Source of the DNA: Octopus sinensis
Taxonomy: Eukaryota
Length of the DNA: 39,027 bases
NCBI RefSeq assembly: GCF_006345805.1
Contig: NW_021836856.1
Coordinates: 1-39,027 of the forward strand
Direction of reading: 5' to 3'
Positions 1 to 13,944 of this stretch are shown piece after piece. Position 1 is the first letter of the stretch; each line of letters begins with the position of its first letter. The notes beneath the pieces were generated by a model. The model made no database searches. It was not told where the DNA came from and saw nothing but the letters and a program-made list of their open reading frames with translations. The position numbers and the translations under genes are program-made.

Positions 1-930
1 AAAGACGGAAACTAATAACATGCCCACATTCGAGGCGCCAGATACTGGAAAGTCTATAGAAGTGTATGGTGTAAGTAATGCAGTTTACGATGTTGGAAAA
101 AAGATGAGATGCTGTGGCGAAAGGGATGATGAAATTTCTATCAGTTCCCTTTCTTGTAATTTTTTTTTTTTTTTTTAGTCTTCACTGTCTTTTGAAAAAT
201 TTTAAAAACTGTTTTACTGAAAATAATGCGAAATTTTTTTAAAACACAAATATGAGAAGATTCCTGGAAAGACACATGACTGAAAAACCACGGAAGAACG
301 AGAATATTCTCCTCATCTCTTACCACACTTTTCGTTTTGTTCATTTATTTTTTACAGAATATCAATCTACAGAACGTAAAACTAACGCACCTGAAGAAAT
401 TACAGTTTTCCCTGCATTAGATACTTAATAGAAAGAAACACGCTATCTTTTAAAGCTATATTGATATAATGCTGTTGCCTACTTTCTCTTTCTTGACCAG
501 AATTAATCATGAATATAATGCTTTACTTCTCAATATTGGTCTCATTATAATGAATTAAGATATCTTGGTTGGCTCTATCAAACATGATAGCCCTGATGTA
601 ACAACCGGGTATTCACACAGACGGTGTCCTTGAATATATTTCCTCGGTAATTGGAACTAATTCTTCAGATAATTGTAATCAAGTTTAGAAGATTCTTCAA
701 GTTGCTCCACCATTATCTATATGCGAGCCGGAATCTACAAAAGCATTCCCCAACCATAAGCAGAATTAGCTGTTTCGTTAAAAGACACATTTTAACATTG
801 AGGAAATATCAAATCAAAGAAACATATTATCAGATCAAATTAAATAGATTCTGTAATCTATTATGGAATTCCTTCAACAACGATACAACGATTCTAAGGG
901 TTGAGATTTCTATTAAGTTTTATTATTAAC

Positions 931-1065
931 ATTGTTATTGTTGTTGTTGTTGCTATTATTATTATTATTATTATTATTAATATCATCATCATCATCATCC
1001 TCATCATCATCATCATCCTCATCATCATCATCATCCTCATCATCATCATCATTATTATTATTATC
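931..1065. repeat. (ATT/ATC)n trinucleotide microsatellite
   Basis: Direct reading of tandem att/atc/gtt units; it explains the low-complexity ORFs 901..1092 and 932..1144. Confidence 0.97.
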
Positions 1066-1803
1066 TTCTGTCTTTCTTTTTATATATTTTGATATTCAAC
1101 AATTTACAAGATCGTTTACTTTTCAATGTGGTCAATGGAGTTAAAAATCTCGACGTTTGGAAAATATTCTAACAGATAAGCTTTATTCTAAATGGCAAAA
1201 GGATGGAAGTCTTCGGAAACCTTTCAAATTAACGACGATTAAATATGATTTCATGTACGGATAGTAACGTCTTGGAAACGGCATGCTTTACTAAGTTGTT
1301 GTTTTTTTTTATACCTAAAAGATATACTGTTCACAAACTTAATCCTTATCCCTAAAAGGCATTAAAAAATTATCAAGAATGGATTCGTAAGGCGTTTCTG
1401 AAAATTTAAGCCAAGATCTCACCAAAAACTAACACCTGTCTAGGAAAAAAATTAACAAACCAGATAATCCGCTTCATTTAATTATTTTTTCCGGGTAATT
1501 TGTTACTTGGTCTGAGATTCTCCGATGATATCATTATTTCAATTCAAATACAGAAAGGGTAGCGGAAATACTATCCCTTAGCTATCAAAGTGGATTTGTA
1601 AGCTCGTAAAACGTAATGAAAACAACACAAGAATCCTTAATCTCCAAGCTAAATTCTTGGTTATCATTGTTTAGCAATACGTCTTATCAAAAATACCTTT
1701 TTCACAAAATATTAAATGACTTTAACAGTATATGATATCATTGTAGGTACATATGGTCAAGCTTAAATTAGGTTTTCTTTATATATATATATATATGTAT
1801 GTT

Positions 1804-1839
<36 letters not shown>

Positions 1840-2235
1840 CCTCTCAGCAAAGTGTAAAAGACAGACGTGACGTCAATACGAATTGAACTCAGAACACAAA
1901 GTTCCATTGTATATACCACAACACATATCTGTCAACTAACTCATCTGCCAATACATACACGCACTCATCTGTATGTGTACATACATGGGTGTATGTTCGT
2001 AGTTTTTAAAATGCATTGCATTTTTAAATATATACAAATGTCTTCCTTAAGAAAAAATGCTGTATATTTCAGCATGAGGGGCTGTTTTTTTTCATTCTGT
2101 CTTTTGTTTTCATGCATTTCTATATATGACAGTAAAATTACAAATTTATGTTTTCAGCTCAGAAATATTGGATAGTTTTACTGAAAATATGTTCGTGTTT
2201 ATTTTCACAAGGTGAGTTTTATATACATGTATACG

Positions 2236-2500
<265 letters not shown>

Positions 2501-3028
2501 TATTACATGATGATTTACCTTGGGATTTACCTGCATTTACCTATAGTTAATCAAATTCGTTTAAAACTGCGTGCCTTATTGATATCAGCCTGGATTTTTG
2601 AAAACATTTTTCTTCGTTTTATATATATTATATATATATATGTATGAATATATACACATACACATACGCACACACATACACAAATACACACACACGCACA
2701 TGCATGTATGGGTACAAGAAGCCACCAACGGTAAACAACATGAAGTACGAAAACAAATGAGTTCAATGTAAAACAATGAGCTAAACAAATGGAAAACAGA
2801 GCAAATAACACAAAGAACAACCCTTCATCAGTTGTCGGTTATCTATCTACTCCTCATTTCGAGCATTTAATGACAATATGAGTCTTCGAAGACAGTTGCT
2901 CCCATACGTACCAATAAAATATTTTGGATTTATGGAAGGTCAAATTTGGGAACAAAAACAGGACACTGGAGAAATATAAGGAAACCAAACGAAAATGAAC
3001 ATGGAAGGTCGTCGGACCCGAAAAGGTA

Positions 3029-3091
<63 letters not shown>

Positions 3092-3095
<4 letters not shown>

Positions 3096-4036
3096 AATGA
3101 GGAAAACAGTAGTATATCTTCTTCGCTCATGTCGATGTATTCCATCGTAATTGCCTCGCTGGTTATAGGTGAGACGACAAAGAAGACTACTGGTTCGTTC
3201 TCTTGCCTGTGTTCCAACGGGGGAAATAAAGGCAGTTTTGAACTGGTCATCCAGTATCGTACTGATCCTGGCTGGACTGTCTGTTCGGTAGCCATCGTTT
3301 TGGAAGAGGGGTCCTATCTTGCAGCGTATTGAGGCTATTTCTTTCGCGTAATGAAAGAAGGCATTTGTGTTTGACTTAATGTGTTTTATAACCCAGGCTT
3401 CTTTGTCTGCTCTCTCCCTCACAGAATTGTTGCAGCCTTTTTCAATATCTCCATCAGTGTTGTTTTTAGGCGGGACCTTTCGCTACTTTTGGGATGTTGG
3501 TTGAGTCGATTTGAAACCTTCGTCCGTCTTCTCATGAGGATCTTCCTCTCCTTTGGAATCTTGTTCTTGTTTTGGCCTTGTGCTCCTGGAGATATTTCTG
3601 GCATATGGCTTGCACTACAGGCATGAAACATTCTAGTTTCATGCCAAAATCCCGTGTGGAGAGACATTTCGGCCAGCCCTGTGTGAAGAGCTCTTTTTGG
3701 ATCGACTTCCAGTCTGCTTTGTAAAAGTTCAGATTAAAAAGAGTTCGGGTGCTTCCTTTAGGCTGTATGTCTCTGGTTACTTTCGGCCCAAACATAGACA
3801 GCACTTATATGTTGTGATCCGAGACTAATGTCGGCGTCACTTTCTCATCACCAATGTCCATATTGTTTGTGAAGCGGAGATCCAAAATGTTATTTGCCCT
3901 AGTTGGTCCGAGTACAACTTGTTCCATGAATAGAACATTGGTGAGGTTGAGCAGGGGCTCCACCTACGCTTGCTTGCAATGAGTCACTCCTGAGAGCATG
4001 AGACCGTCGGGCCATTTGACGTTGGCGAAGTTGAAA
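3092..4036 (-). mobile_element. Degenerate non-LTR retrotransposon (CR1/L2/Jockey group) ORF2 fragment: APE endonuclease C-terminus plus linker, ending before the RT core
   Basis: Minus-strand translation gives FNFANVKW (GDFN motif) near 4036, then EQVVLGPTRANNILDLRFTNN...LVSDHNI (PTR..LDL..SDH end of APE), YKADWKSI, NTNAFFHYAK...KIGPL and MEYIDMSEEDI. Stops and frameshifts are present, and both ends abut microsatellites. Confidence 0.88.
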
Positions 4037-4188
4037 TATGTGTATATATAACTATGTACATATATATATGTGTGTATGTGTGTGCGTGTGTAGTGTATAT
4101 TATATATATATATATATATATAATAATATATAGTGTGTGGTGTGGTGTGGTGTGTGTGTGTGTGTGTGTATTTAGATATTTATATATA

Positions 4189-4220
<32 letters not shown>

Positions 4221-4330
4221 GTATATATATGTGCATATATGTGTATATGTATATATATATGTGTGTGTGTGTATATATGCATATATATATGTATATATAA
4301 GTATATATATATATGTTGCATGTATGTGTA

Positions 4331-4366
<36 letters not shown>

Positions 4367-5409
4367 TGTATGTATGTATGTATGCATGTATGTATATACG
4401 ATGTATGTGTGTGTCTATTTATGTATATACTTATAGGATCTCGCATGTAGCAAACAACGAAATATTTCTTTTCTAAGAACAAGCGTCTTTTCTTATAAAA
4501 TATAATGTTAAATTGTGAAGTATAGCCGAGCTGGGGTTGTGAGTTTGAGGTGTGGTCAATCAGATCAATTAATAGTTCACAGCAACTAAACGACAAAATA
4601 GCGTTCATTACAGCATAAAACGAATTTCCTCTATTTTATACATATTTTAAATGGATACGAGCCTCGAAATCACCAGCATAAATCAGCTAATCTGAATCGC
4701 AGCTGCAGGATTCTCATAGAAATGGGAGTAATCGGTCATAAATATCTCGTATAGTAATATTAGAACACAATTAATCAATTAGGAATTCGAACTTAAGGAG
4801 AAGCACAGGAGATAAACGTAAAGTTCTGTCGATCCTTAATGATGCCGACAAGAAATAAAATAATTACTTTTGTTATTATGCTGTGCGTAAACCATTTTTC
4901 AAAAAAGTTTTTATCAACACCCAGGCGAATAAAATCAAAGTTGGAATCGGCGACATTTGAACTCATTCTGTACGTAACAACAGAGCACCCCCAAAATAAC
5001 CTACTGGTATAACCCGAGTAAGAACACACACCCACTTCGTGAAACAGAATGGGATACTAAAGTAGCGATTGCATTTATTCAGACACTCATTATACTTTCA
5101 TTTCAATCCCTATGTGTCACGTTAACCTAACACTATTGTTTTTATGAGAAATACATTATTTTTCGCTGCACTAAGTTTTTTATTACAAAATTCATTCGTG
5201 GATGTCCGAAAGTTTGCAAAGAGCCTTCTTTTATAAGTATTATAGAATATTATAGAACATAATAAGTTTTATAGAATATAGTATTATTCTATTATAAATA
5301 AATGGTTATAACTGCAATTAGGATTATAGGAAGAGGCAATCGCATCCAGATGTCAACAAGAACAGTCATTTATTGTTAATACTGGTCCTTGCTGCTGTTA
5401 CCTATTTTC

Positions 5410-5417
5410 TGCTGCTG

Positions 5418-5450
<33 letters not shown>

Positions 5451-5585
5451 TTACTGCTATTACTACTGCTGCTGCTGCTGCCACAGCCACTCTCACCACT
5501 ACCACTAGGAATAATGCCCACTCCACCCCTTCCTCCTCCGCTAACTACTACTTCCACTGTCACCCCCAACCCTACCACCACCACC

Positions 5586-5621
<36 letters not shown>

Positions 5622-5622
5622 G
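5410..5622. repeat. Compound (CTA/CTG/CCA)n trinucleotide tract
   Basis: Direct reading; it explains ORFs 5373..5702 and 5402..5695. Confidence 0.95.
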
Positions 5623-6117
5623 TTAAACAAATGTTTGAAATTCGATCACAGAATGACGGAACAAAACGGCTCGAAGCATATTCAGCTATTCTCAATATTT
5701 AAATGGAAAAAAAAAATAATCATTATATTTCAGAAGACACTTAATAATCTCCATGAACAAACTCACCGGTTGCTGTAATCTCCTTCCTTTTCATGATACT
5801 CCCAGCCATTTTTCATCCCTCAAATATAACAAAAACAAGAGTTCTGTAAATTACACGCTTAGAGGAGATCACACGAAAAGGACTACGATGAAATTCTTCG
5901 GGATTATAACCAAGAATAAGAAGTTAAAACCTAACCTCTGAGTATCTTCTTTGGCAGTTGCGTATTGGAGTCGATATCATCATTTTGGCTCCTCCTTACC
6001 CGTTTTTAATGTGTCGGCGTATAAGTGTGTGTATAAGTATGTGTATAAGTATCTACATATACATGTGTGCGTGTGTGAGTGTGTAATATATATATTAATA
6101 TTTACATTGACTATATT

Positions 6118-6420
6118 GTTGTTGTTGTTGCTGCTTGTTCCTTCTCGAGCTAAGCCTGGATCATAGGGGCCGACCTCCCGGTTTCATTGGTGTATAAGTT
6201 CTCCACTTGGACTGGACGACGGTCCGCCACAGGTGAGTTGCTAGATGACGGAGTAAAGAGACAGAATATTGTGGCGAAAGAGTCAGGAGAAGTTTGCCAT
6301 ATGCCGCATGGAGCTTATGTATTTCGCTCATAAACACACACATCGCCCGGACTGAGATTCGAACCCGCGATCCTTCGATCGCGAGTTCGCTGCTCTAACC
6401 ACTAGGCCATGTGCATCCAC
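6118..6420 (-). mobile_element. tRNA-derived SINE (family C here) with (CAA)n tail
   Basis: The minus strand starts GTGGATGCACATGGCCTAGTGGTTAGAGC (A box) ...GGGTTCGAATC (B box). Its 3' end (TCGAGAAGGAACAA plus CAA repeats) is shared with 13262-13337, and its body is similar to 13945-14190. Confidence 0.85.
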
Positions 6421-6461
6421 ATTCTACATACATTTACTATACACACACACACACACTCACA

Positions 6462-6545
6462 TTTATTTGGTTCAGTCATTTGACTGCGGCCATGCTGGAG
6501 CACGATGTCAAACGATGGTAGGGGGAGAAACACAGACGCAAATAT
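6462..6545 (-). mobile_element. 3' fragment of long SINE (family B)
   Basis: The reverse complement of cagtcatttgactgcggccatgctggagcac matches ccagcatggccgcagtc at ~17867-17883 and the 34370-34395 copy. Confidence 0.7.
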
Positions 6546-6589
6546 ATACACACACGTATGAAAGTATGTATATATATACATACGCCATG

Positions 6590-6780
6590 TTGGTTCGTTA
6601 GCCCCTACACGCAATGTTTTTCTCTCCTTGTTTCTTTTCTGTGTATCTTTCTGTCGAAGAGCGTAGGCTCGAAACGTAAAAGACTTTTTCTATTTCTATC
6701 CTGAGCGACATACTAATACATTATTTGTTTCTACCCACCTGCCTTCGTCTTTTGTTTATTTTCGTAAACCTACCGTTATG
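6590..6780 (+). mobile_element. Penelope-like terminal repeat (pLTR) remnant carrying a hammerhead-like motif and ending at (TA)n
   Basis: Contains TCTTT-CTGTCGA-A-GAGC(GTAG)GCTC-GAAAC-GTA-AAAGA, followed by a ~100 bp pyrimidine-rich tail that runs into (TA)n at ~6780. Confidence 0.55.
6646..6683 (+). ncRNA. Minimal type I hammerhead-ribozyme-like motif (variant core CUGUCGA)
   Basis: Stem I is 6646-6650 paired with 6679-6683 (5 bp). Stem II is GAGC/GCUC with a GUAG loop. GAAAC is followed by a palindromic ACGU stem III and a GUA site. Core position A6 is U, so activity is uncertain. Confidence 0.5.
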
Positions 6781-6828
6781 TATATATATATATATATATA
6801 TAGATATATATATATATATATATATATA

Positions 6829-7105
<277 letters not shown>

Positions 7106-7629
7106 AGAAAAATGTAGATACATAGACGGATATATATGAACGCGCTGTGTTTTTGTGACAATATTTTTACTCGTCGGTGAATATATTTATTATCATAATT
7201 CAAATTCACTAAGCAGATAGAGCGATTGTAAGTGGATGGTCACATTGGGCAAATGAAAACAAATGTCCATAAAATATCTCAGTAGATAAACATGAAGGAT
7301 TGGCGCAAAACGGTTTCAGAAATTCTTGAAAACACTCCACACAAAATACTCACACGTCTCTATCATTTCTGTACGCATCGTGTCGGCTAAAAACATATTT
7401 GGTATTACAAGTCAATCACTTTCTACAATACATGCACATCTTAAGGGTATACACACACACACAGAGACACAAATGCACACAGAAGACACATACGCACACG
7501 ACACACATGCACGCACACACACTGAGGTACAAAAAGGTACACACACACACTCGCTCACATACTCGAGTGGCTTAATACTTACATGTTGTTATTAATAGCT
7601 TCATATGTATATTGAGAGACAATTTCCAA

Positions 7630-7671
7630 AAAAGCATCTATATAAATATATAGGTCTGTATATATAAATAC

Positions 7672-7710
<39 letters not shown>

Positions 7711-7904
7711 CATACATACATACATACATACATACAAATATATATATATATATATATATGCGTGAGTGTGTGTGTATGCACAAAACAAATAAACACATAA
7801 ATATATATATGTATATACAAATCTATATATATTTATATATATATGGATGTTTGCATATATATATAAGAGTATATGCATAAATATACATACATATATATAT
7901 ATAC

Positions 7905-7970
<66 letters not shown>

Positions 7971-7995
7971 GTATATATGTATGTATGTACATATA

Positions 7996-8055
<60 letters not shown>

Positions 8056-8070
8056 TGCATATATACACAC
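7630..8070. repeat. Compound (TA)n/(TACA)n microsatellite
   Basis: Direct reading. Confidence 0.95.
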
Positions 8071-8584
8071 ACCTATTAGATAGTAAATTATTTTGTAGCC
8101 ATGCAGACGTACAACAAAAAATACCATCACGAAAATGGCGCTCAAATTATTCACAACGGCGCACATGCATATATGACGAGAAAAGTACAAAAAAATTACC
8201 CAGCGAAAACAAAAACAAAAACAGAAAGTAAACAACAACAAAAAAGCACAAATAGAAAGCAAATAAGTCGGAAGAGGAAAGTAATATAAAACAGAATCTT
8301 GAAAATGAGAAAACTATCATAGAAACAAAGTACAAAATACATTGGTCCACGACTTAATGGTTGACAAACACGCAAGGATGTTGTATTCTATCGAAGACAA
8401 ATTATAAGATATTTTCTCTTTTTTTCTATTCACCTTGTATAAGGAAGTTATGCGTGTATGGAGCGGCTCTTCAGCGAAAGAAAGGCATGGCTTGTAAGTG
8501 GGTGTGTGTGCGTTTGTTTGTGTAGGCAGATGTGAAGTTCCGTGTGTGTGTGTGTGTAAAATTCACCTATCTTTCTTTGTATGA

Positions 8585-8596
8585 TATATATAGGTG

Positions 8597-8627
<31 letters not shown>

Positions 8628-8645
8628 AGATAATATATATATATA

Positions 8646-8685
<40 letters not shown>

Positions 8686-8691
8686 CATATA

Positions 8692-8759
<68 letters not shown>

Positions 8760-8778
8760 GATATATATATATATACAT

Positions 8779-8828
<50 letters not shown>

Positions 8829-8880
8829 TATATATACATAGATATCATATATATTTATATATTTATATTTTTATATATTT
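8585..8880. repeat. Long interrupted (TA)n tract
   Basis: Direct reading. Confidence 0.95.
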
Positions 8881-9062
8881 ATCTAAAAAGAGTCATTTTT
8901 GAAAATAAGGCGAAATATGCAGAGAAATGTCCACACATATATATATATATACATACATACAAACACACACAAATATATGTATATACACACACACTCAAAC
9001 ATTTCTAGCTATCTCGCTGACTATCTATCTATCCATCTATCTACAGATACATAGATGGATGA

Positions 9063-9106
<44 letters not shown>

Positions 9107-9498
9107 GTTGATATGAAGAGGGAGAGGACAACAAATGATTATATGAGATTCCACTCGAAGTTTGGAATCTCAGGTTACTCCGTTTCTTAAGGCTCAAATA
9201 TATGGAGATTGAACTAACGTATGGAATAAATGTATACTAGAGAATAACTCGGAGTAGCTTCGAACATTAAAAGTACTCTACTACATTTAATATTTTATTT
9301 TCCAATCGAGCGTCTGTATCTGCCCGCCTGAATATCTGTTTGATGTTTGTCTATTAATCTCACTCTTTACCTCTCTCTCTTTATCTCTCTGCGTCTCCCT
9401 CCCTCTCTCTCTCTCTCTATCTCTATCTATCTATCTCACTATCTATATATACATATGGGGGACAGAATATGCATATATAAATATATATATATACTATT

Positions 9499-9542
<44 letters not shown>

Positions 9543-9637
9543 AATATATATATATTTACATATATAAAAACTATATGTATTTATATGTATATATTATGCA
9601 CACATCATACATATACATTATATTCATAATATATATT

Positions 9638-9659
<22 letters not shown>

Positions 9660-9670
<11 letters not shown>

Positions 9671-11830
9671 TACATATATATATATGTATGTATGTATATT
9701 TATATATATATGTATGCATATTTATATATATACACGTAGATGCATGTCTATCTGACTGTCTGTCTGTCTGTCTGCCTGTCTGTCTGTCTGCCTGTATGTA
9801 TGTATGTATGTATGTATATATATATTGTCTGTTAGAAATGTTCTTGGCCACATCTATGTATTAATACAGCTGACTAATAAAGCCGGTTGAAAATAACATG
9901 CGAGGCTCTTCCTTAATATTTAGGCCAATATACTGAAAAGAAAAAAAATGAAAACAACGAAAAAAATATATGAACGAAAAACATGGACAGACATTTTTGC
10001 CCTGACAGTACATTTCTATGTTCTTCAATTTCCAATTTCCCCACAATTACGCTTCTATTTGGTTTGTGTCTTTCTTCATATCCAATACGTATGTATGCAT
10101 GTATGTATGTATGCATGTATGTATGTATGTATGTATGTATGTATGTACGTATCTTTCTTTACATCCATATATACATTGTCATATCAACGCATGCGCATAC
10201 ACGGGCTTTTACTGTCCTTATTTTACAGTTTCTATCTAGTATTTATTTGTCAGCAATCCTTATATATTTCGAAGATTTATTTATTTATGTTTTCAATCGA
10301 CTTTTATTTATTTTAGGAAATTTTATTTTGTCATTCTTAGATGCTTTCACACTACATATCTATTTGTCTATCTCTGTTTATCTATCTATCTGTCTATCTA
10401 TCTATCTGTCGTCGTCTATCAGTCTATCTCTCCGTCTGTCTATCTGTCTGTCTCTCTATCAGTATATCTCTGTATGTCTATCTGTTTGTCTATAGCCTAT
10501 TTATCTATCTATCTATCTATCTCCTTCTATCTATCTATCTATCAATCTATCTCTGTCAGTGTATCTATCTATCTTTCTATCTATCTATTTATCTATGCAT
10601 CTATCTATATATCTACTGTTTAATATATTTTTGTGTGTGTATACTAGATAATATATACATTTCATGTGGATTATTATCAATATAGATAGATATAGGCATA
10701 TGAGCATGTTAACATATATATATATATATTATATATATATATATTATATATATAGATATATACATATATATATATGTATGTATGTATATTTTTATATATA
10801 AATATATGTCTGCATATATATATTACACGTAGATGCATGTCTATCTGACTGTCTGTCTGTCTGTCTGCCTGTCTGTCTGTCTGCCTGTATGTATGTATGT
10901 ATGTATGTATATATATATTGTCTGTTAGAAATGTTCTTGGCCACATCTATGTATTAATACAGCTGACTAATAAAGCCGGTTGAAAATAACATGCGAGGCT
11001 CTTCCTTAATATTTAGGCCAATATACTGAAAAGAAAAAAAATGAAAACAACGAAAAAAATATATGAACGAAAAACATGGACAGACATTTTTGCCCTGACA
11101 GTACATTTCTATGTTCTTCAATTTCCAATTTCCCCACATTACGCTTCTATTTGTTTGGTGTCTTTCTTCATATCCAATACGTATGTATGCATGTATGTAT
11201 GTATGCATGTATGTATGTATGTATGTATGTATGTATGTACGTATCTTTCTTTACATCCATATATACATTGTCATATCAACGCATGCGCATACACGGGCTT
11301 TTACTGTCCTTATTTTACAGTTTCTATCTAGTATTTATTTGTCAGCAATCCTTATATATTTCGAAGATTTATTTATTTATGTTTTCAATCGACTTTTTAT
11401 TTTATTTTAGGAAATTTATTTTTGTCATTCTTAGATGCTTTCACACTACATATCTATTTGTCTATCTCTGTTTATCTATCTATCTGTCTATCTATCTATC
11501 TGTCTGTCTGTCTATCAGTCTATCTCTCCGTCTGTCTATCTGTCTGTCTCTCTATCAGTATATCTCTGTATGTCTATCTGTTTGTCTATAAGCCTATTTA
11601 TCTATCTATCTATCTATCTCCTTCTATCTATCTATCTATCTATCAATCTATCTCTGTCAGTGTATCTATCTATCTTTCTATCTATCTATTTATCTATGCA
11701 TCTATCTATATATCTACTGTTTAATATATTTTTGTGTGTGTATACTTAGATAATATATACATTTTCATGTGGATTATTATCAATATAGATAGATATAGGC
11801 ATATGAGCATGTTAACATATATATATATAT
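9660..11830. repeat. Direct tandem duplication, two copies of a ~1.1 kb unit
   Basis: Unique anchors recur at a ~1093-1101 bp offset: gtagatgcatgtc ~9737 and ~10830, gaggctcttcc 9902 and 10995, gttaacat 10710 and 11811. Confidence 0.95.
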
Positions 11831-11886
11831 ACATATATGATTTGATAATATATGTGTATATATATATATGTGTGTGCGTGTATGTG

Positions 11887-11919
<33 letters not shown>

Positions 11920-12722
11920 AGAATGAATCTATCGTCACAGAATATAAGATATAAGAACAAAACTATCGTCACAGTCACGTGGTTCGCAATACATTCGTGA
12001 ACTCAAGTCTAAAATGGTTGATTTTCTTCCATACCTCTTAACTAAATTGATTCCAAACAGTCAGAATACATATAAAAAAATAAACCCCCCAAAAAGAACG
12101 CAAAATAATAACAACGACCAGTGTCCTGACGTTTATTTTTCTTTGCTTTTGTACGTTTTTTTTTTGTTTTTTTTTAAGCATTATTTCTGTTATTACATTC
12201 TATCACTTTTTACGTTATATTTATTATCTATTTGCAACGTACAATCATATATTTGTGAAACACATATAAAAGGTTTATTTTATATCATAACATTTTATAT
12301 GCATGATTTTTCTCATTAGTATTGAGCATGTCTGCTCGTCTGTTTATACGCGTATATCTCTGAGTGCGTCATAGTTTGTATATGTATCTCTGTGTAGGTG
12401 TGTGTGTCTGTGTGTGTGTAAATGAAGTGATACATTTTTTTTTAGCTTTTTTTCTTGGTGTATTTATTTGCGACGGGATTTTTTTTTCTGAACGTGTAGC
12501 TCTTTGCGTTAATATTTGTGCATACGAAGCTTCTTCGTAGGATAGAGTTTCTATTAAAGAAAAACATCTTTTAAAAATTGTAATAGATGTTTGTGTGATT
12601 TTACATGTGTTTGTCTCTGTATACATGCATACAAATGCACACACATATATATGTATATGAATGTCTCTCTCTCTCCCACAACACTCTCTCTCTTCTCTCT
12701 CTCTCTCTCTGTTAATGTGCGT

Positions 12723-12756
<34 letters not shown>

Positions 12757-13025
12757 GGCGCATGGTGGCCTAGTGGTTCAGATGTTGCACTCACAACGTG
12801 GTGATCGTGATTTCAATTTCCAGGCCGGGTGATGCGTACTGCAAGTCACTTTACCTCACTTTGTTCTGCGGCCATTTCGACGCTGGCTCATGACACACAG
12901 TTAACCTATTCTGACAACCTCAATTTGATGTGGAGAGAACGAACCAATGCGCACCACGAACAGTTGATCACTAAAAGCAAATTATTTGTCCAGATGGTTC
13001 GGTAACAGCTGAACGCTCATACGTC
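12757..13025 (+). mobile_element. Degenerate tRNA-derived SINE (family D)
   Basis: Starts GGGCGCATGGTGGCCTAGTGGTT (A box) with a degenerate B box (GATTTCAATTTCC), directly after (GA)n. Confidence 0.65.
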
Positions 13026-13181
13026 GTCTTCGACAGGCGAGTCCATCATATATGTGTATCTGTGTGTATTCTATGTAACATATGGTATAATTATAATCAG
13101 GGCAAATTGTAGCCATTTCTCCACAGACTGAAAAAACGATGAACAACCTTAAAGGATTTTCGTACATTATTGGGTTCTCAT

Positions 13182-13250
<69 letters not shown>

Positions 13251-13261
13251 TAGATGGATAT

Positions 13262-13337
13262 GTTTGTTCCTTCTCGAGCCATGCCTGGCTCATAAGGGCC
13301 GGTTTCCTGGTTTCCTTGGCGTATAGGTTCCCCACCT
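13262..13337 (-). mobile_element. 3' fragment of SINE family C
   Basis: gttccttctcgagccatgcctggctcataagggcc...tttccttggcgtataggttccccac is similar to 6137-6206. Confidence 0.75.
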
Positions 13338-13754
13338 ATGTATTAAAATATAGTATAAACCTACGTAGATGATATTTAAATATACCTTCTATCCTTTGTT
13401 TCTGTCAATAGATTCCACCGGGTTAGGGTGTCACCTTGTACTAATATTTTATATACTTAAAGTCTCTTAAAACTTTTATCTGTAAATTTTGCCGAAATGC
13501 TAAGTTATAAGAATGTAAACAAACCTACGGTTATAGCAGCGGTTCTCTAGGAACGAGGATACAAAAACATCCGCACAATCTCATGCAAATATATATCTAA
13601 AATGGGGTCCTGCAGAGTTTTTATCATCCGAAATAATTTGGCCCAGAGCAGTTGTAGAGGACTCTTGACCAATGTGTGAGGAAACAGAACCGAAACCGAA
13701 ACAAGGTGATTACGAATCCAGCTTCATAACCATACCGCTATTCATGTGCCTCCG

Positions 13755-13766
13755 TTTATCTATCTG

Positions 13767-13806
<40 letters not shown>

Positions 13807-13832
13807 ACTATCTATCTATCTATCTCTATCTG

Positions 13833-13863
<31 letters not shown>

Positions 13864-13878
13864 ATCTATCTATCTATC

Positions 13879-13929
<51 letters not shown>

Positions 13930-13940
13930 GTCTATCTATA
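13755..13940. repeat. (TCTA)n microsatellite
   Basis: Direct reading. Confidence 0.97.
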
Positions 13941-13944
13941 TATT

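Noticed and set aside
2-70. Possible cadherin-like exon end (KTETNNMPTFEAPDTGKSIEVYG followed by GTAAGT)
   Set aside because: The resemblance to the DxNDNxPxF linker is weak, the segment is cut by the window edge, and no compatible downstream exon was found.
6330-6420. tRNA gene candidates (also 12757, 17479, 27276, 35117)
   Set aside because: They have A/B boxes but no complete cloverleaf, and they continue into shared repeat bodies, so they are SINE heads.
7579-8262. 227-aa ORF and the many other YI/IY, VC, LS and poly-I/L/Y ORFs in the track
   Set aside because: They are conceptual translations of microsatellites with no domain content.
11928-11973. 12 bp direct repeat CTATCGTCACAG flanking 22 bp
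   Set aside because: It is too small to distinguish a target-site duplication from local slippage.
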